This document shows, piece after piece, positions 18,135 to 28,462 of a stretch of 45,113 bases of DNA. Every line of letters begins with the position of its first letter. Positions within the stretch are counted from its first letter, which is position 1. Made by a program: the position numbers and the translations under genes. The DNA comes from a virus (Duplodnaviria; Heunggongvirae; Uroviricota; Caudoviricetes), in the IMG/VR virus record IMGVR_UViG_3300021255_002784, positions 152,416 through 197,528 of that record; one strand, 5' to 3'. The notes under the pieces are model-generated. The model made no database searches and was not told the DNA's origin. It saw only the letters and a program-made list of their open reading frames with translations.

Positions 18135-19391
18135 TCAATCTTCTGCTGTCTGCAAGTCTTGTGCCATTTGTGAAAGGATTGCGAGCTTGGTTGGGTCGTC
18201 TTTGAACTTCTCTGTCAAGTTTGCGATACGATCTTTGATACCTTGGAGTTTTGCCTCTTTGAGATCATTTGCAATACGTTGTTTATCTTCTTCAGATGCT
18301 TGTTCGATAACGGCTTTCACCTGTTCGTTGAAGTTTTCTGATAGGCTTACTCGTGTGCTCTTCTTGATAGACTCAAGAACCTCCACTACATTTGCACTGT
18401 AGGTCCATGGTCCAGAATGGTTACTCTTGATCAAGGTTGCGAACATATTGGTACCTTCGTTTACTACGAGGAACTTGTCGCCACGTGTTTCGTAGATGCC
18501 GGTATTGTCCATTTTGGCGATACGGTCGAAGTTTTCGCAAGTCAATGCAACAGCCTCGAGTACCTGTGCCATCTGATTGCGGAAGCGTGGGTTAGCGGTC
18601 ATGAGCATGAGACGGTTGTGATCACGGAACTGCTCTACAGTCATCTCTTTCTCTTCTTGACCTGTCAACTTAACCAATTTGTCGGCTTCGTTGATCTGAT
18701 ACTCAGCTTCGTTATACTTGATAGTAAGAGACTCGCTGGTTGCGTCGAATGCGCAGATGTCTGATTCGAGCAATGATGATACTGTACGGAAGGTGTTAGA
18801 TACTTCGTTCCAGTTTCCTTCTACGATAGTCTTGTCTGCTGTGATCTTGATAACCCGTCCAGCTGCTTCGAAGAGGTAACCATCCCCACAACTCTCTACC
18901 AATGAGATAGGACGTACTACTGTATAATCTGCAGCAGCCTCTACCATAGGCATGTCGTGGTATACTTGTTTTGCCACATTACGGAACTCAGTCACGTACA
19001 TAACGTTCTTGAGTGCGCCGGCTTTGATATACTTGTTAACGGTCTCTTCATCGTTTTCCAAAAGCTTCTCTACCTGAGCGATAGCTGACTGACTGAGGTA
19101 GTTGTAAGAAGTCTGCCCACGACGGAGATTCTCACATACTGAAGCCAGAGCCCAAGATGTCTTGTTGCTTTGGATGTAATCAGCCACTTTCTCGAGTACT
19201 GTGTTGACACCATTGTCGTAACGATACTGTTGACCTTCTGTTATGAATCGGTTCACCAAACCACAAGTCGACTCATTAGCCATGAGGTATGACTTGAACT
19301 TATTTAGGAACTCTGATCCGGTTTGTGTTTGAGCCATAGACTCACTAACGATGGAGTTGAACTCCAAATCTGCTAATAGTTTATTGACCAT
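18135..19391 (-). CDS. Probable virion/prohead core protein
   Basis: 418 aa; TTATTAT upstream; several hydrophobic-x-E(S/A/G) sites (VSES, MVEA, LVES, INEA, VNEG). Confidence 0.55.
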   Translation of the reverse strand: MVNKLLADLEFNSIVSESMAQTQTGSEFLNKFKSYLMANESTCGLVNRFITEGQQYRYDNGVNTVLEKVADYIQSNKTSWALASVCENLRRGQTSYNYLSQSAIAQVEKLLENDEETVNKYIKAGALKNVMYVTEFRNVAKQVYHDMPMVEAAADYTVVRPISLVESCGDGYLFEAAGRVIKITADKTIVEGNWNEVSNTFRTVSSLLESDICAFDATSESLTIKYNEAEYQINEADKLVKLTGQEEKEMTVEQFRDHNRLMLMTANPRFRNQMAQVLEAVALTCENFDRIAKMDNTGIYETRGDKFLVVNEGTNMFATLIKSNHSGPWTYSANVVEVLESIKKSTRVSLSENFNEQVKAVIEQASEEDKQRIANDLKEAKLQGIKDRIANLTEKFKDDPTKLAILSQMAQDLQTAED

Positions 19392-19463
19392 ATAGTATTT
19401 TTGGTATATTTAACTATATAATAAAAAACAACCCCGTTCGAATTGAATGAGGTTGAATTTTCA

Positions 19464-21710
19464 TTATTTGTACTTGATGATGAAGTTGATTGCGAGATAT
19501 GGGGGTACGTTATTATGATGTGTCGGCGCATACGTATCGTCAATTCGAACACCTGTTGTTTGAGGGTTATAATAATCTATACCGTTGCTACCTTGTGCCG
19601 TTTTAGCATCACGTGCTACAGGTGATTCATGATAATGTTGCATCTCATCTTCAGATAGTGTATGATATTCTTCTCCTCCATGTTCCCCTATACCGTGAGC
19701 ATGGCCAAATACTCGATCTTCGCCATTTGTTAAATTACCAGCACCCAATGGAAATCTTTGTTGAAGGTCGGGTAGTGTCCAAAAAGCGGGCAGTCCTGTG
19801 CTCGGATCAGGATCACCTTTGCCCCATTTATTTTCTATTTCTTGCAGAAGTGGGTCGAGTTCTTTTACATATGTATCTTGAGTGAATTCTTTTCCGCCGA
19901 CAATCTCCGATCGATCGGTAGCATATGGCCATATAGGTATACCAAGGTTTAGATTTACATATATCCGCGACCCATCGCACAACAACCACCCCTCTGGTAC
20001 TGTGGTTCCAGCCCACATAACAACAGTTCCTATAGGACATCCTAAATAAACATTCGGAACATTATTCACTTTTGCAGTAGCTGTACCATTGATGGTTGTT
20101 GCGCCTAATGATGTATTGCCCGTTGCTGTCAACGTTCCTGTTGAGATATGGTTCGCGCCTATTTTGCTTACATTGAGGTTCGACTCTCCAGGCATGTCTA
20201 CTGTGGAGTTCACACTGAACCGAACCAATGAATTGGAACCTATTGAGACATCGTTTCCGAAAATGTCGTTCGTGCCGATGCCTATTCGGACACCATTTGT
20301 GTCGTCATCATTATGACCTGCAAAAATGACATTATTATAATCGAATACTAATGATACTGGATTATCTGAATATCTTGATTTATATATGCAATCCTTATAC
20401 GAACTTAGTCTACTTCCATCTAAACCACCTTTTCCACTCAAATTACTAGCAGCAGTACCAATTCCAGCATACGTGAGCATCGGTGATATATGGAGCTCTG
20501 AAAATATCGAAGCGTAATTTCGCATAGACGCGTGCCAAATTGCATGAACTGGTGCATCATTATACGAACTATTAGGACTCGGAGGCACGATAGGTACGAA
20601 AAGTCCTTTCAATGTCTTGTCTACACGGATACTAGCAAAAGTAGCAGCTAACCAATTAAGATTCAAATTAGTCTGGATTCTGTTTTCATTTGAACACGAT
20701 ACTGCGAACGATTCATCTTCTCCTTTCACTATCTTTCCAAAATATGATGCAGGGGTTTCACCATATTCAGCACCTTCGATCGCTGTCGGTTCAAACGCAA
20801 TACAGTTGGAGCCATCGAAATCTGCTGGTGCTGGGTGTTCGGCGAGTTCGACCCATGTACCATTGGCGGTCATGTATTTTGTCACATTTATCATAGATGG
20901 TGCAGCAGGCGCATCCGGAATCGGATGATATTGATCTCCTAATTCGACAATATAGAATGCTGCATTTTGTCCAGAATCGCCTTTTGGACCTTGTGCTATG
21001 AGACCGGTGTTCAGTCCACCAATTCTCCAACAAAACGCCTGGATGTTCGTGTCAAAATACAAAGTGGGCGCATTCTGAATGACTACAAATTTTTTGGTGG
21101 GTGTTTTGATCCCGGTATCCGGGTCCTCTTCCTCATACGCTTGAAGATGCACCATACATGAACAATCGTATAGCGAGCTGTAAGCCTCATCATAACTATC
21201 CACATCGATCACAAACCGACGGTCCTTGAATACATAGTCATTAGTGGCTCCGATAGTATACTGGTTGCTAGGATTTATAGGGTCGTACACATATATTTCA
21301 TTGAACAGGTCGCCGGGTACGATACTGTCAATCAGACTGATATCATTGACTGATTTTAACGCATCAATCGTTTCTAACCAAGCCTTCACAGTCTTTATGT
21401 TCTGGTGCTCTTCGTCATCAGCATCGTACACATACCGTTGATCAGTTATCTCTTCGATGATAGCGTTCAGTACATCGATACCTTCTTTGGTGAAGTATGT
21501 TTTTTTCACATTATTCTCGTCCTTGGCTTCGTATAGGATGTGTAATTCGTTGTATCCGATACTCCATCCCTGATCACCTTTGACAAAATCTTGATTACCA
21601 AGTATTTTGAAATTGGCATCAATCTGTTCAAACACGTTTTTGATACCAGCACCATAACCAGATTGGCTCAACTCCGGCGCTATTATGTCGTTAATCAAAC
21701 TGTTTCCCAT
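19464..21710 (-). CDS. Tail fibre protein with phage tail-collar domain
   Basis: PIGTVVMWAG...PEGWLLCDGS...LPDLQQRFPLG...HNNVPPYLAINFIIKY; short collagen GPKGDSG; start taken at 21710. Confidence 0.85.
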   Translation of the reverse strand: MGNSLINDIIAPELSQSGYGAGIKNVFEQIDANFKILGNQDFVKGDQGWSIGYNELHILYEAKDENNVKKTYFTKEGIDVLNAIIEEITDQRYVYDADDEEHQNIKTVKAWLETIDALKSVNDISLIDSIVPGDLFNEIYVYDPINPSNQYTIGATNDYVFKDRRFVIDVDSYDEAYSSLYDCSCMVHLQAYEEEDPDTGIKTPTKKFVVIQNAPTLYFDTNIQAFCWRIGGLNTGLIAQGPKGDSGQNAAFYIVELGDQYHPIPDAPAAPSMINVTKYMTANGTWVELAEHPAPADFDGSNCIAFEPTAIEGAEYGETPASYFGKIVKGEDESFAVSCSNENRIQTNLNLNWLAATFASIRVDKTLKGLFVPIVPPSPNSSYNDAPVHAIWHASMRNYASIFSELHISPMLTYAGIGTAASNLSGKGGLDGSRLSSYKDCIYKSRYSDNPVSLVFDYNNVIFAGHNDDDTNGVRIGIGTNDIFGNDVSIGSNSLVRFSVNSTVDMPGESNLNVSKIGANHISTGTLTATGNTSLGATTINGTATAKVNNVPNVYLGCPIGTVVMWAGTTVPEGWLLCDGSRIYVNLNLGIPIWPYATDRSEIVGGKEFTQDTYVKELDPLLQEIENKWGKGDPDPSTGLPAFWTLPDLQQRFPLGAGNLTNGEDRVFGHAHGIGEHGGEEYHTLSEDEMQHYHESPVARDAKTAQGSNGIDYYNPQTTGVRIDDTYAPTHHNNVPPYLAINFIIKYK

Positions 21711-21712
21711 AA

Positions 21713-23989
21713 TTATTTGAGTTTCATTTTTATCGTATAGACGTAAGTATGTATGTCTTGTGGGTTCGCATACTCCCAATCGGATTCCCAGTTATACAGT
21801 TTATATATATAATTTGTCTGCGACTCATCCGTTCTGTACAGGCTCTGGATATATCTCAATATGTTTTCTTCAACACTTTCAGTATCCTGAAGAGTCAATG
21901 TGAAATTGAGTTCTGGCTTGAGCATATACAAATTACTAGTCGTGTACCAGTGGTGCTCGTACGGTAACTGCTTTTCATCCAAGACCGGCATCACATCTCT
22001 GGTATTGTCTGGTTGTGGATGTTGCAAATTATGAATCTTCCAAGGATAGTATCCTAAACTTGGATATTTTGGAGGATATCCTGTTTTGTGATATTTAGGA
22101 AATACTGAAGTATTATAGTCATCCTCAGTGAGTTTTATTTTGGTATACACATTGTTGTTTTCTATATCTACAAAAGAAGGACGTATGTATCCACCCATTC
22201 GAATTATCTTCGTACTTTCTGATGTACCATAGTGTTCCAGTTCATCATTCCCGAAGCCTTGTGCGAACATGAATCCTAATTTCTTATCAAGGGTTATCAT
22301 GGTAGGAGGTACCACCGAAGACATCCATTCGTACATTGGTTTGGCCCAGCCCGGGTTGTTGGTCTTGTTTTCGTTAAGGATTTTAATGAGTTTGGACAAT
22401 CCTCCGAATGATAAAATATCTCTTGTACTACCAGGTTCTTCGTTACAAAAAAGACATAATATATAATCACCATCCGATATAAACCATCTTGCATAAAAAC
22501 AAGGTTGACCACTCGTATCACCTTTTTCGTCGCATACAAAATAGCCATCATTACCTTCAGCCTTAGATATTATATCATTCTCCACAGTAGGCCACACACT
22601 ACTCGTGCAAGGCATCAATAGGATGAATAAATTATTTGGATGGTTGGTGTAATTAACATGTTTAATCCAAGGATCTTTTGTGCTGGTAGCTCTTTGTTTC
22701 AGTTCATTCACACTTATTTCCAACTTAAAATACTGATCAATAGTTGTTATAGGATAATCATTCGCCCAACCATTAGTATTAGAGTTATCTGAATATTTTT
22801 CCAGCCATATGTTTGGTGTGTTTTGATAAAGCTGCCCTATTTTGTGCACCTCTTTGTCACCAGTCATATAAAATCCTCCAAACTCTGGATACACATTAAA
22901 TATATATTCATCATCTCCCACTATAGACCAATGACAAATACGTTGGGTTATCTTGTTTTTGTCGATCAAATCAATATCTTTGTTGTCTTTTAAACCATCG
23001 AATATATTGATATTAACATTTTCTGAAGCACCATGAACGCATATACACGGAATGCGGTCGTAATTTGTATAGAAGTCTTTGATTTTCAATTCTTCATTGC
23101 CAAATTCTTCATTGCCAACTTTTACTCGAACATCCAATATAATCTGATTACCACTTATCATGTTCATAATAACAGGCGGGAAAAAATCCTCCAGATTGAA
23201 CAGAAAGTTGAAATTGAACAACTGTTTAGCGATCATCTGATTATTCGCGTACTGCTCGATAATCATACTGTCCGCGTCCATGAGTAGGCGTTCTTTGTCG
23301 GTTAGATCCTGTGCCAACTTATCGATGTTTATGGTCTTAGATAGACCTGTGGAAGCATCAATACCTGTGATAGATGCAGTATTATCGTCCAGGTCTATAT
23401 GGATCATATGGTCGTCCAATTCTATATCTTTTATATATTGATATAGGTAATTGACGAATCTATCATGAAAATCGTTGTTTGTTGTTTCTTCAGGTAAGAT
23501 TTTCAGTGTCTTCGAACAAAGAATCATTCCACTATTGTTTTTAACATCGAATACGAACGATAAAGGTTTCCACCCATTGATGAAAGCCATATCTTCCAAC
23601 CATACTGGGCAAAATATCTCAACCTCTTTTCCGTATACTGAATATCGAGCGCGTTTGGCACCCATATCGAACGTATCGTCATGCAGGTCCATGAAGTCTG
23701 CTCTGTCATTCACATCGGATATGTACGGTTGGTCTGATGTCAATAATGGATTAGCATACGAAAGATAGAAGGAACTTTCTATCCGTTTGTAAAATGATCT
23801 GATATTCTCCAAATGACTGTAATTCAATAAGTTATCATGTGCATATCTATTAAACGGTACTCTTTCACTGATAGGAACTATATGAAAATCGCTCACAAAC
23901 AAACCATCGGGACCATTATCCACAGATATGTTCCATTTAAGTTGACCACTAAGGGCTACGTTCGTTCTATATAGTTGATAGTTATTCAT
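21713..23989 (-). CDS. Putative tail/baseplate structural protein
   Basis: 758 aa, co-transcribed with the tail fibre, TTATTAT upstream. Confidence 0.55.
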   Translation of the reverse strand: MNNYQLYRTNVALSGQLKWNISVDNGPDGLFVSDFHIVPISERVPFNRYAHDNLLNYSHLENIRSFYKRIESSFYLSYANPLLTSDQPYISDVNDRADFMDLHDDTFDMGAKRARYSVYGKEVEIFCPVWLEDMAFINGWKPLSFVFDVKNNSGMILCSKTLKILPEETTNNDFHDRFVNYLYQYIKDIELDDHMIHIDLDDNTASITGIDASTGLSKTINIDKLAQDLTDKERLLMDADSMIIEQYANNQMIAKQLFNFNFLFNLEDFFPPVIMNMISGNQIILDVRVKVGNEEFGNEELKIKDFYTNYDRIPCICVHGASENVNINIFDGLKDNKDIDLIDKNKITQRICHWSIVGDDEYIFNVYPEFGGFYMTGDKEVHKIGQLYQNTPNIWLEKYSDNSNTNGWANDYPITTIDQYFKLEISVNELKQRATSTKDPWIKHVNYTNHPNNLFILLMPCTSSVWPTVENDIISKAEGNDGYFVCDEKGDTSGQPCFYARWFISDGDYILCLFCNEEPGSTRDILSFGGLSKLIKILNENKTNNPGWAKPMYEWMSSVVPPTMITLDKKLGFMFAQGFGNDELEHYGTSESTKIIRMGGYIRPSFVDIENNNVYTKIKLTEDDYNTSVFPKYHKTGYPPKYPSLGYYPWKIHNLQHPQPDNTRDVMPVLDEKQLPYEHHWYTTSNLYMLKPELNFTLTLQDTESVEENILRYIQSLYRTDESQTNYIYKLYNWESDWEYANPQDIHTYVYTIKMKLK

Positions 23990-24023
23990 GCTGATTAAAT
24001 AATAATTTATAGGTATGTATCAC

Positions 24024-24059
24024 TAACGCAGTCATAAATTCCTGCGGGATTTCATTAAA
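24024..24059 (+). repeat. Single copy of the 32-bp repeat
   Basis: TAACGCAGTCATAAATTCCTGCGGGATTTCAT-TAAA. Confidence 0.65.
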
Positions 24060-24109
24060 TTTTCCTAAGTTTTTCATATATATAATCAACAACAAAAACA
24101 TTCACTCAT

Positions 24110-24421
24110 ATGAAGTTCACCAGACAAACTCTCAGAACATTCGAAAAGTTGATGATCCAGTTCATGAACGATAACGGTTGGGATCGATTCAATTTCACAC
24201 CAGGCAGTGTATTTTATTCATTATTGGGCTTGTCTGAGGTACGGGTGGTCATGATCAACGAAGACGATATAGATGGCCAATGGCAACTGCTGTTCACCAG
24301 GCGAGGTGAAGAGTACTCCCCGGTCAAGCATCCTATTCTCGCACAGGAACTTCTCTCTTCTATCCACGACTACAATCGTCTCTGGGATGAGATGATGGAG
24401 CGAGCCAAACTTCAATATTGA
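24110..24421 (+). CDS. Hypothetical protein
   Basis: 103-aa ORF behind a class A motif. Confidence 0.7.
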   Translation: MKFTRQTLRTFEKLMIQFMNDNGWDRFNFTPGSVFYSLLGLSEVRVVMINEDDIDGQWQLLFTRRGEEYSPVKHPILAQELLSSIHDYNRLWDEMMERAKLQY

Positions 24422-24447
24422 CACCACCGTGTATTATTATTGAAAAT

Positions 24448-25002
24448 ATGAAACGCGTCAACTTAATGATAGGTCGATTCCAACCATTTACGACCGGGCA
24501 CTATAAATGTGTCGAAGAGGCTATGAAGAAAAAGGGTCTGCCTACTGTAGTAGCTATGATCAACACTACTATGGAGAAGGTAGATGAAAAACACCCTTTT
24601 CCTTCTTCATTGACACTTCCACTATACAACGACCTATTCAAAAAAGACAAGAACCTAGAAAAGTTCATCCTGGTCAACAGCGCAGATATCGTTAAGATTA
24701 GTGAGGAGTTCGCCAAAGAAGGATACCAGATCGCCAGTTGGACTTGCGGTACAGATCGTATCGATGCCTATACTCGTATGTCGGATAAGTATCACGACCA
24801 GGCTAATCTGGCTGACGACTTCGAGATGATTGAGATTTTCCGTACTGGAGATGACGTCAGCGCAACCAAGGTACGTAAAGCACTCATTGATGGTGACAAA
24901 AAGGCATTCTATTCTATGGTACCTATGGTACACCTATCTACTCGTTTAAAAAATGATTACTACGAAATACTTAAAGAGCAAATTGACAAGGTAGTTAAAT
25001 GA
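24448..25002 (+). CDS. HIGH-class nucleotidyltransferase (cytidyltransferase/NMNAT-like)
   Basis: GRFQPFTTGH, CGTDR and SATKVR motifs. Confidence 0.88.
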   Translation: MKRVNLMIGRFQPFTTGHYKCVEEAMKKKGLPTVVAMINTTMEKVDEKHPFPSSLTLPLYNDLFKKDKNLEKFILVNSADIVKISEEFAKEGYQIASWTCGTDRIDAYTRMSDKYHDQANLADDFEMIEIFRTGDDVSATKVRKALIDGDKKAFYSMVPMVHLSTRLKNDYYEILKEQIDKVVK

Positions 25003-25361
25003 AAAGTCTAGTTGAATCTATATCCGAATCATTGCGTCGAACAGATGATGCTTATGAACAAATCAATGATATTTGTAGTAAGTTGGTTAAAAAGGACCCG
25101 GATTGCTGGGACCCTCGGAGCTGGATCCAGGAGATGATCAAAGATTGGGGTCGTCAGGACCTAGATGAGCTTGATATCGAAGAAAAAATAAGAACGATCG
25201 ATCGCGAAGTGGACGACATGGACAACGAGACGATCGATGAGATCAAGGCGTTGCTAAAACACAAAAAAGAATACAACCAGTTACTAGTAGCACTGGACGA
25301 ATGGTATCATCCTATCGCAAAATACATCGTCGCCCTGCTGAAGGAAGTGGAATATAAATAA
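24999..25361 (+). CDS. Putative internal head protein; paralogue of the C-terminal domain of 15286-15825
   Basis: Starts MKSLVESISES; shares C.KL...D.W.P and I.A....Y/H..L..AL....P...YI.AL. Confidence 0.65.
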   Translation: MKSLVESISESLRRTDDAYEQINDICSKLVKKDPDCWDPRSWIQEMIKDWGRQDLDELDIEEKIRTIDREVDDMDNETIDEIKALLKHKKEYNQLLVALDEWYHPIAKYIVALLKEVEYK

Positions 25362-25936
25362 TGAAAAGCCTATCCTCATATCTAAAACTACATGGTAACT
25401 TTACTGTGGCTGGGACCAAGTCGGAGAAACTTCTTATCTTCGACGTGGACGATACTCTTATCCACACCAGCGCCAAGATATGGGTGATGAAGGACGATGA
25501 ACACATCAAGACTCTGACCAATGCAGAATATAATGACTACAAGAAGAAGCCGGATGAGTGGTTCGACTATCGAGAGTTCAACGATCCGAAGATCCTCTCT
25601 CGGGAAACTTTCACACGCTATTGGGGCACTCTCAAACGCGAGTACCACAAAGGAACCCACATAAACATACTCACTGCACGAGGAGATGCTCGTATGATTC
25701 GCCGTTTCTTTCTTAAGAACGGTATTGATATCAAAGACGAATTAGTGTTCGCTGTTGGCGATCCGCGTCTGGGTCTGGCTGGGTCTATCCAGGAAAAGAA
25801 AGCAACCATCATTCGTGAACTGGTGGCACTAGGTTATCATACTCTCGTTTTCTTCGATGACAACGAAGGTAACCTTGAGGCTGCTAAAGCGCTTGAAAAA
25901 GAATTAGGTATAAAAATACATACTGTAAAAGCATGA
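25361..25936 (+). CDS. HAD-superfamily phosphatase (Pnkp 3'-phosphatase-like) with targeting-like N-terminus
   Basis: FDVDDTL (motif I), LTARG (II), K (III), FFDDN (IV); starts MKSLSSYL. Confidence 0.82.
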   Translation: MKSLSSYLKLHGNFTVAGTKSEKLLIFDVDDTLIHTSAKIWVMKDDEHIKTLTNAEYNDYKKKPDEWFDYREFNDPKILSRETFTRYWGTLKREYHKGTHINILTARGDARMIRRFFLKNGIDIKDELVFAVGDPRLGLAGSIQEKKATIIRELVALGYHTLVFFDDNEGNLEAAKALEKELGIKIHTVKA

Positions 25937-27420
25937 AAAGTTTATCAGAATACATGCAAGAAAGCCTCAGAATCAGTACAAATGATTCAGATTCTAAAGA
26001 ATACATATTTGAAAACGGCGATGATTCTATTTTATACCAGCTTGCCAAGAACATCTGGAACTGGCAAGTTAAAAGAGCCCGTCGTAATTGCGAATCTGCA
26101 ATGAAAAAATATAAGATCAACCAAAACGACCCCAGACCAGGCCTTCTCCGTTGGTTCAAAGATAACTTTCCTCCTATTCCAGACAGCGGCAAAGAGATTA
26201 TCCCTCGCGATCAGTGGGATATACAAGGCATCATCGGGCAGACAGAAAACCAGATCATGCACAAACACTATGATGAGATTGTCAAGTACCATTGTCAACA
26301 TCCGGATAAAAGACATGATGTGCTAGTCATTTTCGAGTGTTCTAACAAGAAACCCTATGATGATGTAGCATCTAATCGGATGTATCTTCGTGTGTTTGGT
26401 AATTATGTTGATTTCGCTAACGCGGATTACGGATTGATCCCATATGCGTACTGTGAATTATATCCATATCGATATGATGAATGGGATCACTATAGTGAAG
26501 GAGAATATGGGTCGTGGTGGTACAGAGAAGTTAGTAAGATTAACTTTAAGATCTTCATGGATGCTTGGGGATACAAGCGTGCTGTGGTTGTGATGCAAAA
26601 CCCCCACCCTCGCCAGTTCCTCAAAGAGATTAAAGAGCAAAACTTATTTGGTTGGGGAGACAAGATGGATTTCGTCACAGACGATGCTTTCGATAAAGAG
26701 ATGAGCGACAAATATAAGTCTGTTTTCGGAGGTGGCGGTCTTTTGATAACTCGTATGATGGGTTTACAAGAAACAAAAGCCAAAACAGCCAAACTCATCA
26801 AGAAAGCTTTGGAAGAAATCGGCGGATCTAAAAAGGATATTAAAGAACTGGGCGAGATATATCACGTATTCAACACAACGGATTCAAAAGATAAGCCCAC
26901 CAAGAAACTGATCGAACTAGGTCTATATAGCAAGCCTGCTTATGCAGAGTGGCCTTACGGAGAGAAGAAGGAGAAAGTAGACGAATCTTTTGTTTACGAA
27001 GGCATGAATCAACATGATTTCGGTAAGAAGCTAACCCAACTTCAAAAAGAACTCGACGGTCTGGACATCGATGATATCAAGGAGCAGAAGATTGAAAAAG
27101 ATATGGGTGATGACATTGATCTCGTCAAGAATCCAGATGACTTATATAAAATATATCAATGGGCTTGGCCTTGTGGCAAATTGCTTTATTGGATGAAGGG
27201 AAAGAAATTGGATACCAATCTCCAAAAAGAATATGAATCTTTGAGAGATTTCATGCATAACCAAAAGGATTGGGGTTGCATCAACAATTACTTCTTCTAT
27301 TATAAACCCATCACTGATAAGTTGGGTTGGAAAGAAAGTGATGTTTGGGATAAAGCTCTTAAGATACATTTTATTGAGGACGAAAAAGCAAACGTAAAAA
27401 AAGATATAATATGGCCGTAA
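25933..27420 (+). CDS. ArcS/DUF5591-like (archaeosine synthase core) protein with capsid-targeting peptide
   Basis: VLVIFECSNKKPY followed by YGLIP...E.YP...DEWD, matching the ArcS core C-x3-KPY...G.VP...E..YP...YD; starts MKSLSEYMQES. Confidence 0.6.
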   Translation: MKSLSEYMQESLRISTNDSDSKEYIFENGDDSILYQLAKNIWNWQVKRARRNCESAMKKYKINQNDPRPGLLRWFKDNFPPIPDSGKEIIPRDQWDIQGIIGQTENQIMHKHYDEIVKYHCQHPDKRHDVLVIFECSNKKPYDDVASNRMYLRVFGNYVDFANADYGLIPYAYCELYPYRYDEWDHYSEGEYGSWWYREVSKINFKIFMDAWGYKRAVVVMQNPHPRQFLKEIKEQNLFGWGDKMDFVTDDAFDKEMSDKYKSVFGGGGLLITRMMGLQETKAKTAKLIKKALEEIGGSKKDIKELGEIYHVFNTTDSKDKPTKKLIELGLYSKPAYAEWPYGEKKEKVDESFVYEGMNQHDFGKKLTQLQKELDGLDIDDIKEQKIEKDMGDDIDLVKNPDDLYKIYQWAWPCGKLLYWMKGKKLDTNLQKEYESLRDFMHNQKDWGCINNYFFYYKPITDKLGWKESDVWDKALKIHFIEDEKANVKKDIIWP

Positions 27421-27424
27421 AATT

Positions 27425-27754
27425 ATGAAAAATCTAACAGACTATATATCAGAACGCTTGATGTTAGAAAGCGAAAACCACACCATTGCAATAAAATTGT
27501 CAGACGTTAAAGATAAAGAATATTACGTTGAACAATATGCAGAAAAACTTAAATCCGAAGGATATAATGTTGATGATATTATATATGACGATTCTGAAGC
27601 CATAATACAACTTAAAGGGTTTTATAAAAATAAAGATGTTTTGAAGTTATATAAGAAATATAAGTCGATGCTGGTTGTTGACAATTCTGATTGGACAGAC
27701 GAAAACAAATTATTAAATTATCTTAAGAAAAAAACAAAAATAGAAGATATATGA
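27425..27754 (+). CDS. Putative internal head protein
   Basis: Starts MKNLTDYISERLMLES; noticeably AT-rich. Confidence 0.65.
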   Translation: MKNLTDYISERLMLESENHTIAIKLSDVKDKEYYVEQYAEKLKSEGYNVDDIIYDDSEAIIQLKGFYKNKDVLKLYKKYKSMLVVDNSDWTDENKLLNYLKKKTKIEDI

Positions 27755-28131
27755 AAAGTCTATACGAATCTGTCCTAGAGAAGAACATGGAGTTCACCAA
27801 AAAGATTGAGCTGGACTTCACCATCAATAAGACTTTGCATGCCACCGAACGTCAGTCACGTCATGGTACGGATAAGGATAACTTCATCAGTGATGACGAG
27901 ATACTCGAAGAGGTAAAACGTGCATCCGAGACTATCATTGAGGATATTCTCCAGAATAATATACGGCTAGGATGGAGATTCATCGTTCGGAACCCCGATA
28001 CCGATCTGAATGTGGTGTGCTCACTGCATAAAGGAGAGGCTAAGGATCATTTCCGTGTAGACATCATTACTGTTATGAGATCAGACGAGTTTCGTAACCA
28101 GAAAAATACGTGGATTATTACCAACAAATAA
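27751..28131 (+). CDS. Putative BECR-fold (DUF4258/RelE-like) RNase with capsid-targeting peptide
   Basis: T.HA.ER..R...IS..EI...IITVMR pattern; starts MKSLYESVLE. Confidence 0.5.
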   Translation: MKSLYESVLEKNMEFTKKIELDFTINKTLHATERQSRHGTDKDNFISDDEILEEVKRASETIIEDILQNNIRLGWRFIVRNPDTDLNVVCSLHKGEAKDHFRVDIITVMRSDEFRNQKNTWIITNK

Positions 28132-28144
28132 AAATCGTATCGAT

Positions 28145-28447
28145 ATGAAAACACTAACAGAATCAATCGGGAGTGGATTAAGAACGACGTTCAGTATTGC
28201 TGAGACAGACTCTAATAAAGGTGCTGCATATACTACTATAGATACAGTAGATCCTAAACGTAGCTATAAGCACGGTTTTCTTTCTTATTCACAATATGAC
28301 GAATCCATCTTTTTAGTAGCATTCGACACAGTAGAAGAACTCCAAGAATTACTCGATACAGACGATGATGATTACAGTCGTCTTCTTAACATGAAACCTC
28401 AGGAATGCAAAACGATTCGCGGTGAGTTGTTTGTTAAATTATGGTAA
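28145..28447 (+). CDS. Putative internal head protein
   Basis: Starts MKTLTESIG. Confidence 0.6.
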   Translation: MKTLTESIGSGLRTTFSIAETDSNKGAAYTTIDTVDPKRSYKHGFLSYSQYDESIFLVAFDTVEELQELLDTDDDDYSRLLNMKPQECKTIRGELFVKLW

Positions 28448-28462
28448 AAAACAAAGCAAAAT

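Noticed and set aside
19464-21710. Diversity-generating retroelement target in tail fibres
   Set aside because: No reverse transcriptase in the window and no template/variable repeat pair noticed.
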